A DNA stretch of 64,000 nucleotides from an uncultured delta proteobacterium. GTDB lineage: Bacteria > Desulfobacterota > Binatia > HRBIN30 > BPIQ01. The notes under the pieces are model-generated. The model saw only the letters and a list, made by a program, of their open reading frames with translations. It was not told where the DNA came from and made no database searches. This document shows positions 46,464 through 54,661 of the stretch, in pieces. Within the stretch, counting starts at the first letter, position 1. Each line of letters starts with the position of its first letter. The DNA lies in assembly GCA_963761335.1 (NCBI GenBank), contig CAVXGR010000013.1, positions 224,001 to 288,000 on the forward strand, given 5' to 3'. The translations under genes and the position numbers were made by a program.

Positions 46464-48289
46464 GCGCCATCGTCAGCGAAGCGGCGCGGCGGGGGACGGC
46501 TGCCGACGGGGCATGTCCCGAGTACCCGGCCGGAATCCAAAGTCTTCCAGGCGTTCTGCGCTACCAGGGCGAGCACCTGGGGGAGCGCTTCGTCTGCCAT
46601 CGAGTCGGCCGACGGCGAACGGGCATCGTCGCCGAGCCGCTGACCGTCGGCGAGCTGTTGGCGCAGGCCGGGACCGCCGCCGCCGCGCTGGGCGCCGCCG
46701 GCGTACGGCCGGGAGACCGGGTCATCCTCTCGCTGAGCGATCCGCACGACTTTCTCGTCGCCTTCTTCGGGACGCTCACCGCCGGCGCCACCGCCGTTCC
46801 ACTGCCCACCGTCGCCGAGGCGGGTGCGCCGCGGTCCTTCGCCGCCCGCGTGCGCGCCGTGTGCGCCGACTGCGCTCCCGCGGCGGCGATCGCGGAGGCG
46901 GCGGATCGCTTCCGCCAGGCGGTCGGCGAGCTGCCCCCCGGCCTGGTGCTGCTCGAGCCGGCGTCGCTGCGCGGCGCGACAGCTGCGCCACTCGAGATGC
47001 GCGATTGGCCCGCCTCGACGCCGGCATTCATCCAGTACACCTCCGGGAGCACCGGAGCGCCCAAGGGCGCCGTCGTCACCCACGGCAACATCGTCGCCAA
47101 CTGCAGCGCCATTCGCGACGCGACCGGCTACAGTCGCGGCGATCGCATGGTGTCGTGGCTGCCACTGCACCACGACATGGGGCTGATCGGCGGGCTGCTG
47201 ACGAGCATCTACTGCGCCGCCGAGACCTATATCATGCCGCCGATGGCGTTTCTGGCGCGGCCGGTGACCTGGCTGGAGGCGATCTCGCACTGCGGCGGCG
47301 TTCTGACGGTGGCGCCGACCTTCGCCTACAGTCTCTGTGCCCGCAAGATCCCGGCGAAGCAGCTGGAGGGAATCGACCTCTCCAGCCTGCGCCTCGCCTA
47401 TATCGGTGCCGAGCCCATCGACGCCAGCACCGTAGCGGCGTTCGTCGACCGCTTCGCCGCCTACGGGCTGTCCCGCACGGCGATGTACCCTGTCTATGGT
47501 CTGGCCGAGGCGACCCTCGCGGTCGCCTTTCCGCCGCCGGGCAATCTGCTCCGCTGCGACACTGTCGACCGGCGCCGCCTCGCCGGTGAAGGCGTCGCCG
47601 CACCCGCCTCTCCCGAGCAGGCGGAAGTCGTCACCTTCGTCTCCGTCGGCCATCCCCTGCCGCGGCACCGCGTGCAGATCCTCGACGGCGACACCGGGCA
47701 GCCCCTCGCCGAGCGCCGCGTCGGCGAGCTCGTGGTCGAGGGGGCCTCGGTGACGCCCCGCTACTTCTCGGAACCCGAGAGCGCCGTCCGCACCCGGCTG
47801 TACACCGGCGATCTCGCCTACGCCGCCGATGGCTACCTCTACATCGTCGACCGCATCAAGGACCTGGTGATCATCGGCGGACAGAACTACGCCCCTTCGG
47901 ACATCGAGAACGCCGCCGCCGAGGTCGAAGGCGTGAGGCGGGGACGCATCGTCGCCTTCTCGGCCCCGGGAGCCGCCGGAACCGAAGAGCTGCACATCGT
48001 CGCCGAGGCCAGCCTGGACTCCTGGCGACCTCCGCGCCAGCTCGAGGCGGAGGTGCGGCGTCGCCTGCGCCAGGAGATCGGCCTCTCGGCCACCACCGTG
48101 ACCATGGTCGTACCCGGGACCCTCGAGCGAACCTCGAGCGGCAAGGTCAAACGCCGCGCCTGCGCCGCGGCACACCGCGACGGCACGCTGCACGCGGCAA
48201 GGACGCGCTTGGACGTGATCGCGTACCAGATGGCGCGCTGGCGCAACCTCCTCTGGCACCGCGCCCGGCAGCTCTTCAGCGGGAGCTGA
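46460..48289 (+). CDS. Fatty acyl-AMP ligase (FAAL)
   Basis: FIQYTSGSTGAPKG, SWLPLHHDMGLIG, GAEPI, YGLAEATL, TGDL, RIKDLVII, RTSSGKV. Adjacent to an ACP. Confidence 0.9.
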   Translation: MSAIVSEAARRGTAADGACPEYPAGIQSLPGVLRYQGEHLGERFVCHRVGRRRTGIVAEPLTVGELLAQAGTAAAALGAAGVRPGDRVILSLSDPHDFLVAFFGTLTAGATAVPLPTVAEAGAPRSFAARVRAVCADCAPAAAIAEAADRFRQAVGELPPGLVLLEPASLRGATAAPLEMRDWPASTPAFIQYTSGSTGAPKGAVVTHGNIVANCSAIRDATGYSRGDRMVSWLPLHHDMGLIGGLLTSIYCAAETYIMPPMAFLARPVTWLEAISHCGGVLTVAPTFAYSLCARKIPAKQLEGIDLSSLRLAYIGAEPIDASTVAAFVDRFAAYGLSRTAMYPVYGLAEATLAVAFPPPGNLLRCDTVDRRRLAGEGVAAPASPEQAEVVTFVSVGHPLPRHRVQILDGDTGQPLAERRVGELVVEGASVTPRYFSEPESAVRTRLYTGDLAYAADGYLYIVDRIKDLVIIGGQNYAPSDIENAAAEVEGVRRGRIVAFSAPGAAGTEELHIVAEASLDSWRPPRQLEAEVRRRLRQEIGLSATTVTMVVPGTLERTSSGKVKRRACAAAHRDGTLHAARTRLDVIAYQMARWRNLLWHRARQLFSGS

Positions 48290-48420
48290 AGATGCTGGGG
48301 GACAGGCCGCCCCCACGATTAGCGCTTGAGCGGAGGCCCGCGCTCGGGTAGACGAGCACGCCTGGGTCAAAGAGGAGCAATCGCCGGAGACCGGGCACCC
48401 GCATCTCAGGATAGTCGAGA

Positions 48421-49950
48421 ATGATGAGCGCCACGTCCAAGATCCGCAGCCTGGAGCAGCTGGCGAGCGAGGTCGCTCACCTGCGCTCCGGAGGCAAGCG
48501 CATCGTTCACTGCCACGGCATCTTCGACCTGCTCCACATCGGGCACATTCGCCATCTGGAGCGCGCCCGGCAGATGGGCGATCTGCTCGTGGTCACGGTT
48601 GCGCCGGACCGCTATGTCGAGCACCCACAGCGGGCGTCGTTTCCCGAGCAGCTGCGCGCCGAAGGGGTGGCCGCGCTCAACTGCGTCGACTACGTCGCCA
48701 TCAACAAGTGGCCGCTGGCGATCGAGCCCATCGCGCTCCTGCGGCCGCATCTCTACGTCAAGGCCGCCGAGTTTCAGAACCCGGAGAGGGATCTCCACGC
48801 CAGCATACGCCTGGAGGCCGCCGCCGTGGAGGCGGCCGGCGGCCGGCTCGCCTTCACCGACGAGCTCACCCAAAGCTCGCCTGGGCTGCCCGACGGGGAC
48901 ATGTCGGCGCCGCCGGACGACTCCCGCTCGTTTCTGGCCGATTACGGCGCGCGCCACCGCCCCGCGGAGGTGATCGACTACCTCGATCGCATGCGCGGGC
49001 TGCGGGTCCTCGTCGTCGGCGAGGCGATCATCGACGAGTACCAGTATTGCCAGGCGATCGGAAAGTCCTCGAAGGCGCCGGCGCTGGTCGCCCGGGTCGA
49101 GAAGAGCGAGCGCTTCGCCGGCGGTATCCTGGCGGTCGCCAATCACATTGCCGATTTCTGCGGGCAGGTCAGCCTGCTGGCCCAGCTGGGGACACGCAGC
49201 ACCCACGAGGCCCTCATCCGCGAGCAGCTGCATGCCAACGTCTCGCCGTATTTCCTACACCGCCGCAACGCGCCGACGATCGTCAAGCGGCGCTTCATCG
49301 AATCCTACTTCTTCACCAACATGCTCGAGCTCTACGAGATCAACGACGGCTCCCTGGACGCGGACGACGGCGAGGCGCTGTGTACGGCGATCCAACGGCT
49401 GGCGCCCGAGGAGTTCGACCTGGTGGTGGTGGTCGACTACGGCCACAACATGCTCACCGCCGAGGCGGCGCAGCTTCTCTCGGCGCGCTCGCGTTTCCTG
49501 GCGATGAACGCCCAGGCAAACGCCGGCAACCGCGGGCACAACCGCGTGTCCAAGTACCCGCGCGCCGATTACGTCTGCGCCGCCGAGTACGAGATGGAGC
49601 TCGAGGCGCGCGACTGGCATGGCGACCTTCACCCGGTCGTCCTCGACGTCGCCGAGCGCCTGTCGTGTACGCATGTGACGGTGACCCGCGGCGGGCGCGG
49701 CGCTCTCTGCTACGGCCGCGAGGAAGGCTTTCAGCAGGTGCCGGCACTCGGCAGCAAGGTCATCGACCGGGTCGGTGCCGGAGACACCTTTCTGGCGATC
49801 TCGGCGCCGGCACTCGCCCTCGGCGCACCGATCGAGACGGCGGGCTTCCTCGGCAACGTCGCCGCCGCCGAGGCGGTGGCCACGGTCGGACACCGCGAGT
49901 ACCTGCGGCGGGCGCGGCTGGAGAAGCACGTGCGGGTGCTGCTGGCATGA
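48421..49950 (+). CDS. Bifunctional nucleotidyltransferase + PfkB sugar kinase (HldE/RfaE-like, reversed domain order)
   Basis: N-terminal HGIFDLLHIGH. C-terminal GEAIIDEY...DYGH...VTRG...DRVGAGD. Confidence 0.88.
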   Translation: MMSATSKIRSLEQLASEVAHLRSGGKRIVHCHGIFDLLHIGHIRHLERARQMGDLLVVTVAPDRYVEHPQRASFPEQLRAEGVAALNCVDYVAINKWPLAIEPIALLRPHLYVKAAEFQNPERDLHASIRLEAAAVEAAGGRLAFTDELTQSSPGLPDGDMSAPPDDSRSFLADYGARHRPAEVIDYLDRMRGLRVLVVGEAIIDEYQYCQAIGKSSKAPALVARVEKSERFAGGILAVANHIADFCGQVSLLAQLGTRSTHEALIREQLHANVSPYFLHRRNAPTIVKRRFIESYFFTNMLELYEINDGSLDADDGEALCTAIQRLAPEEFDLVVVVDYGHNMLTAEAAQLLSARSRFLAMNAQANAGNRGHNRVSKYPRADYVCAAEYEMELEARDWHGDLHPVVLDVAERLSCTHVTVTRGGRGALCYGREEGFQQVPALGSKVIDRVGAGDTFLAISAPALALGAPIETAGFLGNVAAAEAVATVGHREYLRRARLEKHVRVLLA

Positions 49951-49978
49951 CGAAGCCCCGTTGGTGCGGAGGGCGGTC

Positions 49979-50572
49979 GTGACTCGGGGGGCGCGCGCCT
50001 ACTTCGAGCGGGTCGCGCAGCTGCTCACCGCGATCGAGATCACCGAGGCGGGCGGCGCACCGCTGTCCCTGGACGCCGGCAGCGAGCGAGCCGTCGAGCT
50101 CATGCTGGCCGTGGCCGGAAACGGCGGCAAGGTCATCCTCGTCGGCAACGGCGGCAGCGCCTCGATCGCCGGCCACATGCAGCTGGACCTCTGCAATCGC
50201 GCCGGCCTTCGCGCCCAGGTCTTTCACGATCTGCCGGTGCTGACGGCGCTCTCCAACGACCACGGCTATCCCTCCGCCTTCGCGCGCACGGTGGCGCTCT
50301 GGGCGGAATCGCAGGACTGCCTGGTGGCCATCAGCAGCTCCGGGTCTTCGGAGAACATCCACCATGCGGTGCGCGCCGCCCGCGATCGCGGCTGCCCGGT
50401 CATCACCTTTTCGGGCTTCCGCGGCGACAACGCGCTGCGATCCCTGGGCACCTGCAACTTCTACGTCGCCTCGGAGAGCTACGGCGAGGTAGAGGTGGCA
50501 CATCACGCCCTCGGGCACTTCCTCACCGACCGAGCCGCCGAGGTCGCTGCGGCGCGCCTGTCGGGCAATTGA
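49979..50572 (+). CDS. gmhA: SIS-domain phosphoheptose isomerase (GmhA-like)
   Basis: GNGGSASIAGH, TALSNDHGY, ISSSGSSENI, EVAH. GGAGG precedes the GTG start. Confidence 0.8.
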   Translation: MTRGARAYFERVAQLLTAIEITEAGGAPLSLDAGSERAVELMLAVAGNGGKVILVGNGGSASIAGHMQLDLCNRAGLRAQVFHDLPVLTALSNDHGYPSAFARTVALWAESQDCLVAISSSGSSENIHHAVRAARDRGCPVITFSGFRGDNALRSLGTCNFYVASESYGEVEVAHHALGHFLTDRAAEVAAARLSGN

Positions 50573-50590
50573 GCGGGCGCCGCCGCGACC

Positions 50591-51004
50591 TCACCCGCCG
50601 CTCTTGCCGGCGCCGAGCCGCTCCTTCAAGACGTCGACCTGCTCCGGCAGGAGAACCATGAAGTATCCCGGCGAGGAGTGCGACAGATAGAGGAAGACGC
50701 GCCCGAGCTCCTTCGTCTCGACGAAGCCGCGGTGCACCTTGCCGTCCTTGAGAGTGAGCCCGAGACCGTCCACCGACAGTCCGTCGAGGTGGCCGTCGAT
50801 CGGCAGGATGATTCCCCAGCCGCGGTCTTCAGTCTCGCCCTTGCGGAAGTTCACCACCCGCGCCTGGTACGGCGTCTCCTCGCTCTTGGGCGGGTTGCCG
50901 CACTCGATCTGCATGAGCACGTTTCCGGCGCCCGCCGGGAGGGCGCCGACAAGGACGGCGCCGATCACTGCCGCGATGACGCCGCGCGCCGTCGACTCTG
51001 ACAT
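50591..51004 (-). CDS. Secreted hypothetical protein
   Basis: Signal-peptide-like N-terminus and normal protein-like composition. Confidence 0.65.
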   Translation of the reverse strand: MSESTARGVIAAVIGAVLVGALPAGAGNVLMQIECGNPPKSEETPYQARVVNFRKGETEDRGWGIILPIDGHLDGLSVDGLGLTLKDGKVHRGFVETKELGRVFLYLSHSSPGYFMVLLPEQVDVLKERLGAGKSGG

Positions 51005-51133
51005 CTCGATCCCGCCTGGTGTCCGATCATCGCCCGAAGTGTCGGACGGTTCAACCCCGCGCGGCGACGGCAGCGGGGTCGCGGTTGAGGGGCGACGGCG
51101 ACTGGTCTAGACGGAAGGAGCGAGGCTTCGGAA

Positions 51134-52108
51134 ATGGCTGCTGCGAATCAAGGAGAAGGACCGACCGCTCTCTCTCATCGTCGTCGGCTCGTCGTCGCCG
51201 TCCTCATGGCGCTGGCGGTCTCGTCGGCACCGGCCCTCGCTGCGCAATCGCCGCTGGCGGCGCCGCTGCGCTCGAGCAATCCCCCGAGCTGGCCTATCGA
51301 GCTGCGGCCCTTGGAGGCCGCACAGAAGGACTGCGACGGCAGCGATTGCGGCCGCTGGTCGCAGCTCGAGCTGACGCTGCAACGGGCGGCCCGCTGGCTG
51401 ACGACCTTTCCCGGCGACCTGCTGCGCTTCGACGCCGCCATCGGCCTCTCACAGGCCCGCCGCAGCGTCGACAGCGACCTCCTGCGGCGCGCCTTCGAGC
51501 AGGCCCGCACCTATGCCGAGCGCGACCGCGACCACCCCCACCAGCGGTTCTGGAGGCCGGAGTTCGCCGCACCCGCCAAGGACACCTCGCAATGGACGGT
51601 GCCGGGCCCGGGGGGCAAGCGCGTCAACCCGAATGAGGTGATCAGCGAGGCACTCTACTGTCGCGAGAACGGCTGGCGGCCGGAAACCCTGCGGTACGTG
51701 TGCGGCGCCATGCGCGACCGCGGCGGCTACCAGACGGCGCACGCACTCTGGGCTCTGGTGATCGTGCGGGGCAACGGATGCCTCTCCGCGGAGCAGCTGG
51801 CCCGGTGCATGACGGCCCTGGAGAAGGAGCTGGCGCGGGCTCAGCCGGCCACCCTGAAGCCGCTCAAGACCCTGGACATCGACATCTATGCCGAGCGCCT
51901 GCTGATGCTGACGCTGAGCGGCTACGGCGACGGCCCGGTCGACGACTGGGCCGCGACCCTCATGAAGGCGCAGGGAAGCGACGGCAGCTGGGGGGTCGAG
52001 ACACCCGGCGAGCCCCGCTATTTCCGTTACCACACCACCAACGCGGCCGTTTGGGCGCTCAGTCAGTGGTACCGATACCGGGTCGAACATCCGCAGGGAG
52101 GGCGCTGA
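51134..52108 (+). CDS. Secreted alpha/alpha-barrel protein, C16orf89/DUF4735-like
   Basis: Signal peptide (ALA-A), YQTAHALW..RGNGC, DIYAER, W..LMKAQGSDGSWG, HTTNAAVWAL. Confidence 0.6.
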   Translation: MAAANQGEGPTALSHRRRLVVAVLMALAVSSAPALAAQSPLAAPLRSSNPPSWPIELRPLEAAQKDCDGSDCGRWSQLELTLQRAARWLTTFPGDLLRFDAAIGLSQARRSVDSDLLRRAFEQARTYAERDRDHPHQRFWRPEFAAPAKDTSQWTVPGPGGKRVNPNEVISEALYCRENGWRPETLRYVCGAMRDRGGYQTAHALWALVIVRGNGCLSAEQLARCMTALEKELARAQPATLKPLKTLDIDIYAERLLMLTLSGYGDGPVDDWAATLMKAQGSDGSWGVETPGEPRYFRYHTTNAAVWALSQWYRYRVEHPQGGR

Positions 52109-52133
52109 TGAGCGTCGACGGCTAAAATAGTCC

Positions 52134-52163
52134 TTGACCTTTCCCGAAGCGCCGCAGTAACTT
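52134..52163 (+). promoter_or_regulatory. Sigma70-type promoter for Gly-rich paralogue 1
   Basis: A-tract, TTGACC-N18-TAACTT. Same architecture precedes the other two paralogues. Confidence 0.6.
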
Positions 52164-52268
52164 TGCGGCGACGGGCTCACGCCTAGGGGGGAGCGAGCCG
52201 CGTCGCGCGATCCACTTCGACCATCATCCTTATTTCCCCGAACTTTTGGGGCGCAGACGGAGGCATAT

Positions 52269-54533
52269 ATGGGCCGACGCAGCCTGGCCTGGTTCACGAT
52301 AACGGTTACCGCTTTGCTGCTGGCGGCCTCGGTCCCCGTGCGTGCGCAGCTGAATCTCGCCGACGCCAAGTGCCGCATGAACATCGGCAAGGGCGTCCGC
52401 CTGATAGCTTCGACGCTGCTCCGCGAGTCGGTCAAGTGCCACAAGCTGCGCATGCTCCTGAAGATCAACCCCGCCACAGACTGCAGCGATCCGGCGCAGC
52501 TGCCGGTCAAGTCCCAGACGAAGCTGACCAAGGCGCGGGCGAAGCTCGACAAGCTGATCACCCGCGGATGCGCGAGCGCCTCGGCGCCGACCGACAACGG
52601 CTACCTCACCTGCATTGCCCCCTGCGACCAGATCTCGATCGACAACACCTACGTCAACGACGCCGGAGACGACCTCGCCGACTGCCTGGAGTGTCTCACC
52701 AAGGACTTCATGCAGCAGAGCGCCACCGACGCCTATGGCGCCGCTCCGACGCCGGGGTCGCAGACCGACCGCACCAAGTGCCAGAATCTCATCGGCCGGG
52801 CGCTGCGCGTCTACCTGGACGGCCGCACCCGCGAGCAGCAGAAGTGCCAGTTCCAGCAGGACAAGCACCCCACCCCGGGGGTCGACTGCAAGGCCGACGA
52901 CTTGAAGGGCAAGATCGGCAAGAAGCTCGAGGCCCTCGACCGCATCATCGGACACTGCAACCCATCGGTGGTCCCGTTGCTCGACAGCTGCGGCACGGAC
53001 ACGGCCAGCGAGCAGTCCTGCATCCAGGCGCTCGCCGAGCTCTACGGCGATTCCATGTTCGACCAGGTGTATCGCCCGCCGACACCCAAGCCCACCGATA
53101 CGCCGACGCTCACCCCGACGATTACCAACACGCCGACGCTCACCTGGACGCCCACGGAGACACCGACGCCGACCAACACGCAGACGCCGACCTCCACCCC
53201 ATTCTCGGCGCCGGCGATATTCGTGTCGAGCAACTTCGGCAGCCCCGGCGGCGACGGCTCCATCAATGACCCGGTCGACACCATCAGCGCCGGAATCAAC
53301 AAGGCCGTGGCGATGTCGCTTCCCGATGTCATCATCGACGGCGGCTCCTACAATGAGTCGCTCGCCCTGCAGAGCAACATCAACCTGCGCGGCGGTTACA
53401 ACTCGCTGGCCGGCTGGGTGCAGAACGGCGCCACCACTGCCGTCAACGGCGGAGCAACTGCGGTGCTCGGCACCTCGGTGAGCAACGTCACCATCGACAG
53501 CCTGACGATCGCCGCGGCCAACGCCAGCGGCATCGGCCAGAGCTCCTACGGCATCCGCCTGATCTCCTCGAGCGGTGTCACCGTTTCCAACAGCAGCGTC
53601 AGCGCCGGCAGCGGCAGCGCCGGCAGCGGCGGCTCGACGGGCAGCACCGGCGCCGGCGGCAACGGCGGCGGCAACGGCGGCAACGGCTGCGAGGACTCCA
53701 ACTACACCTGCTCGACCTGCAGCCGGCCGGGCGGCGGCGGCGCCGGCGCCGCCAAGACGTGCACCATCGGGCTGTCCTCCGCGGGCGGTGCCGGCGGAGC
53801 CGCGGGTCACTGCAGCATTTCCGGGAACGGCGACCCGGGCACTGGCGGCAGCGGCGCCGGCGGCGGCTCGGCCGGGTCCGGCGGCGGCGGCTGCCACGGC
53901 ACTCCTGGAGCGGGCGGCCCCGGAGGCGCCGGTGCAGCGGGAAGCAACGGCACCGCCGGCGGCAACTTCGGCAGCGCCGGCTCGGCGTACTCGCCTTCCA
54001 ACGGCGGCAGCGGCGGCTACGGTGGCAACGGCAGCGGCGGCGGTGGCGGTGGCGGCGGCGGCGGCGGCGACAGCACCTGCGACAGCTGGGGCGGCGGCGG
54101 CGGCGGTGGTGGCGGCGGCGGCTGCGGCGGCACCCTGGCCACCGGCGGCACCGGCGGCGGCGGCTCCTTCGGCATCTGGGTCAGCGGCGGCTCGGCGACG
54201 GTCACCTCGACGACGATCAACACCGCCACCGGCGGCAGCGGCGGTGCCGCCGGTACGGGCGGCGGCGGCGGCGGCGGCGGCTCCAAGGGCACGGGCGGCT
54301 CCGGTCAGGACGACTCGATCGCCGGCGCGGCCGGGGGCCTCGGCGGAACAGGAGGGAGCGGCGGCCACGGCGGCGGCGGCGGCGGTGGGCCGACCATCGG
54401 CATCGTCTGTACCGGCGGCGCCAGCGTCACGCGGACCGGGAACAGCTTCAACACCGGAACCGCCGGAGCGGGCGGCAGCTCGGCCGGGAACGCCGGAGCA
54501 AGCGGCTTGAAAACGGACGAAAGCGGCTGCTGA
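52269..54533 (+). CDS. Secreted protein: Cys-rich helical domain + PT linker + DUF1565/beta-helix + glycine-rich domain (paralogue 1)
   Basis: Signal peptide, repeated KC motifs, IFVS..G...GDGS..DP.DTI.AGI, poly-Gly with GCEDSNYTC and DSTCDSW, terminal GC. Confidence 0.88.
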   Translation: MGRRSLAWFTITVTALLLAASVPVRAQLNLADAKCRMNIGKGVRLIASTLLRESVKCHKLRMLLKINPATDCSDPAQLPVKSQTKLTKARAKLDKLITRGCASASAPTDNGYLTCIAPCDQISIDNTYVNDAGDDLADCLECLTKDFMQQSATDAYGAAPTPGSQTDRTKCQNLIGRALRVYLDGRTREQQKCQFQQDKHPTPGVDCKADDLKGKIGKKLEALDRIIGHCNPSVVPLLDSCGTDTASEQSCIQALAELYGDSMFDQVYRPPTPKPTDTPTLTPTITNTPTLTWTPTETPTPTNTQTPTSTPFSAPAIFVSSNFGSPGGDGSINDPVDTISAGINKAVAMSLPDVIIDGGSYNESLALQSNINLRGGYNSLAGWVQNGATTAVNGGATAVLGTSVSNVTIDSLTIAAANASGIGQSSYGIRLISSSGVTVSNSSVSAGSGSAGSGGSTGSTGAGGNGGGNGGNGCEDSNYTCSTCSRPGGGGAGAAKTCTIGLSSAGGAGGAAGHCSISGNGDPGTGGSGAGGGSAGSGGGGCHGTPGAGGPGGAGAAGSNGTAGGNFGSAGSAYSPSNGGSGGYGGNGSGGGGGGGGGGGDSTCDSWGGGGGGGGGGGCGGTLATGGTGGGGSFGIWVSGGSATVTSTTINTATGGSGGAAGTGGGGGGGGSKGTGGSGQDDSIAGAAGGLGGTGGSGGHGGGGGGGPTIGIVCTGGASVTRTGNSFNTGTAGAGGSSAGNAGASGLKTDESGC

Positions 54534-54555
54534 GGCGCCCTCAAATAAAAAATCC

Positions 54556-54585
54556 TTGACGATTGCAAGCGCCGCGCAGTAGGCT
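54556..54585 (+). promoter_or_regulatory. Sigma70-type promoter for Gly-rich paralogue 2
   Basis: A-tract, TTGACG-N18-TAGGCT. Confidence 0.6.
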
Positions 54586-54661
54586 CTCCGCCGAGAGACG
54601 ATCCGCCGGGGGGGTGGATTCGCTTTCGTTCGTTCGAGAGAGGTCTAGACAGGAGCCCATC

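Noticed and set aside
51134..52108. Squalene-hopene/terpene cyclase suggested by QGSDGSW
   Set aside because: Only one QW motif, no DxDD, too short, and it has a signal peptide.
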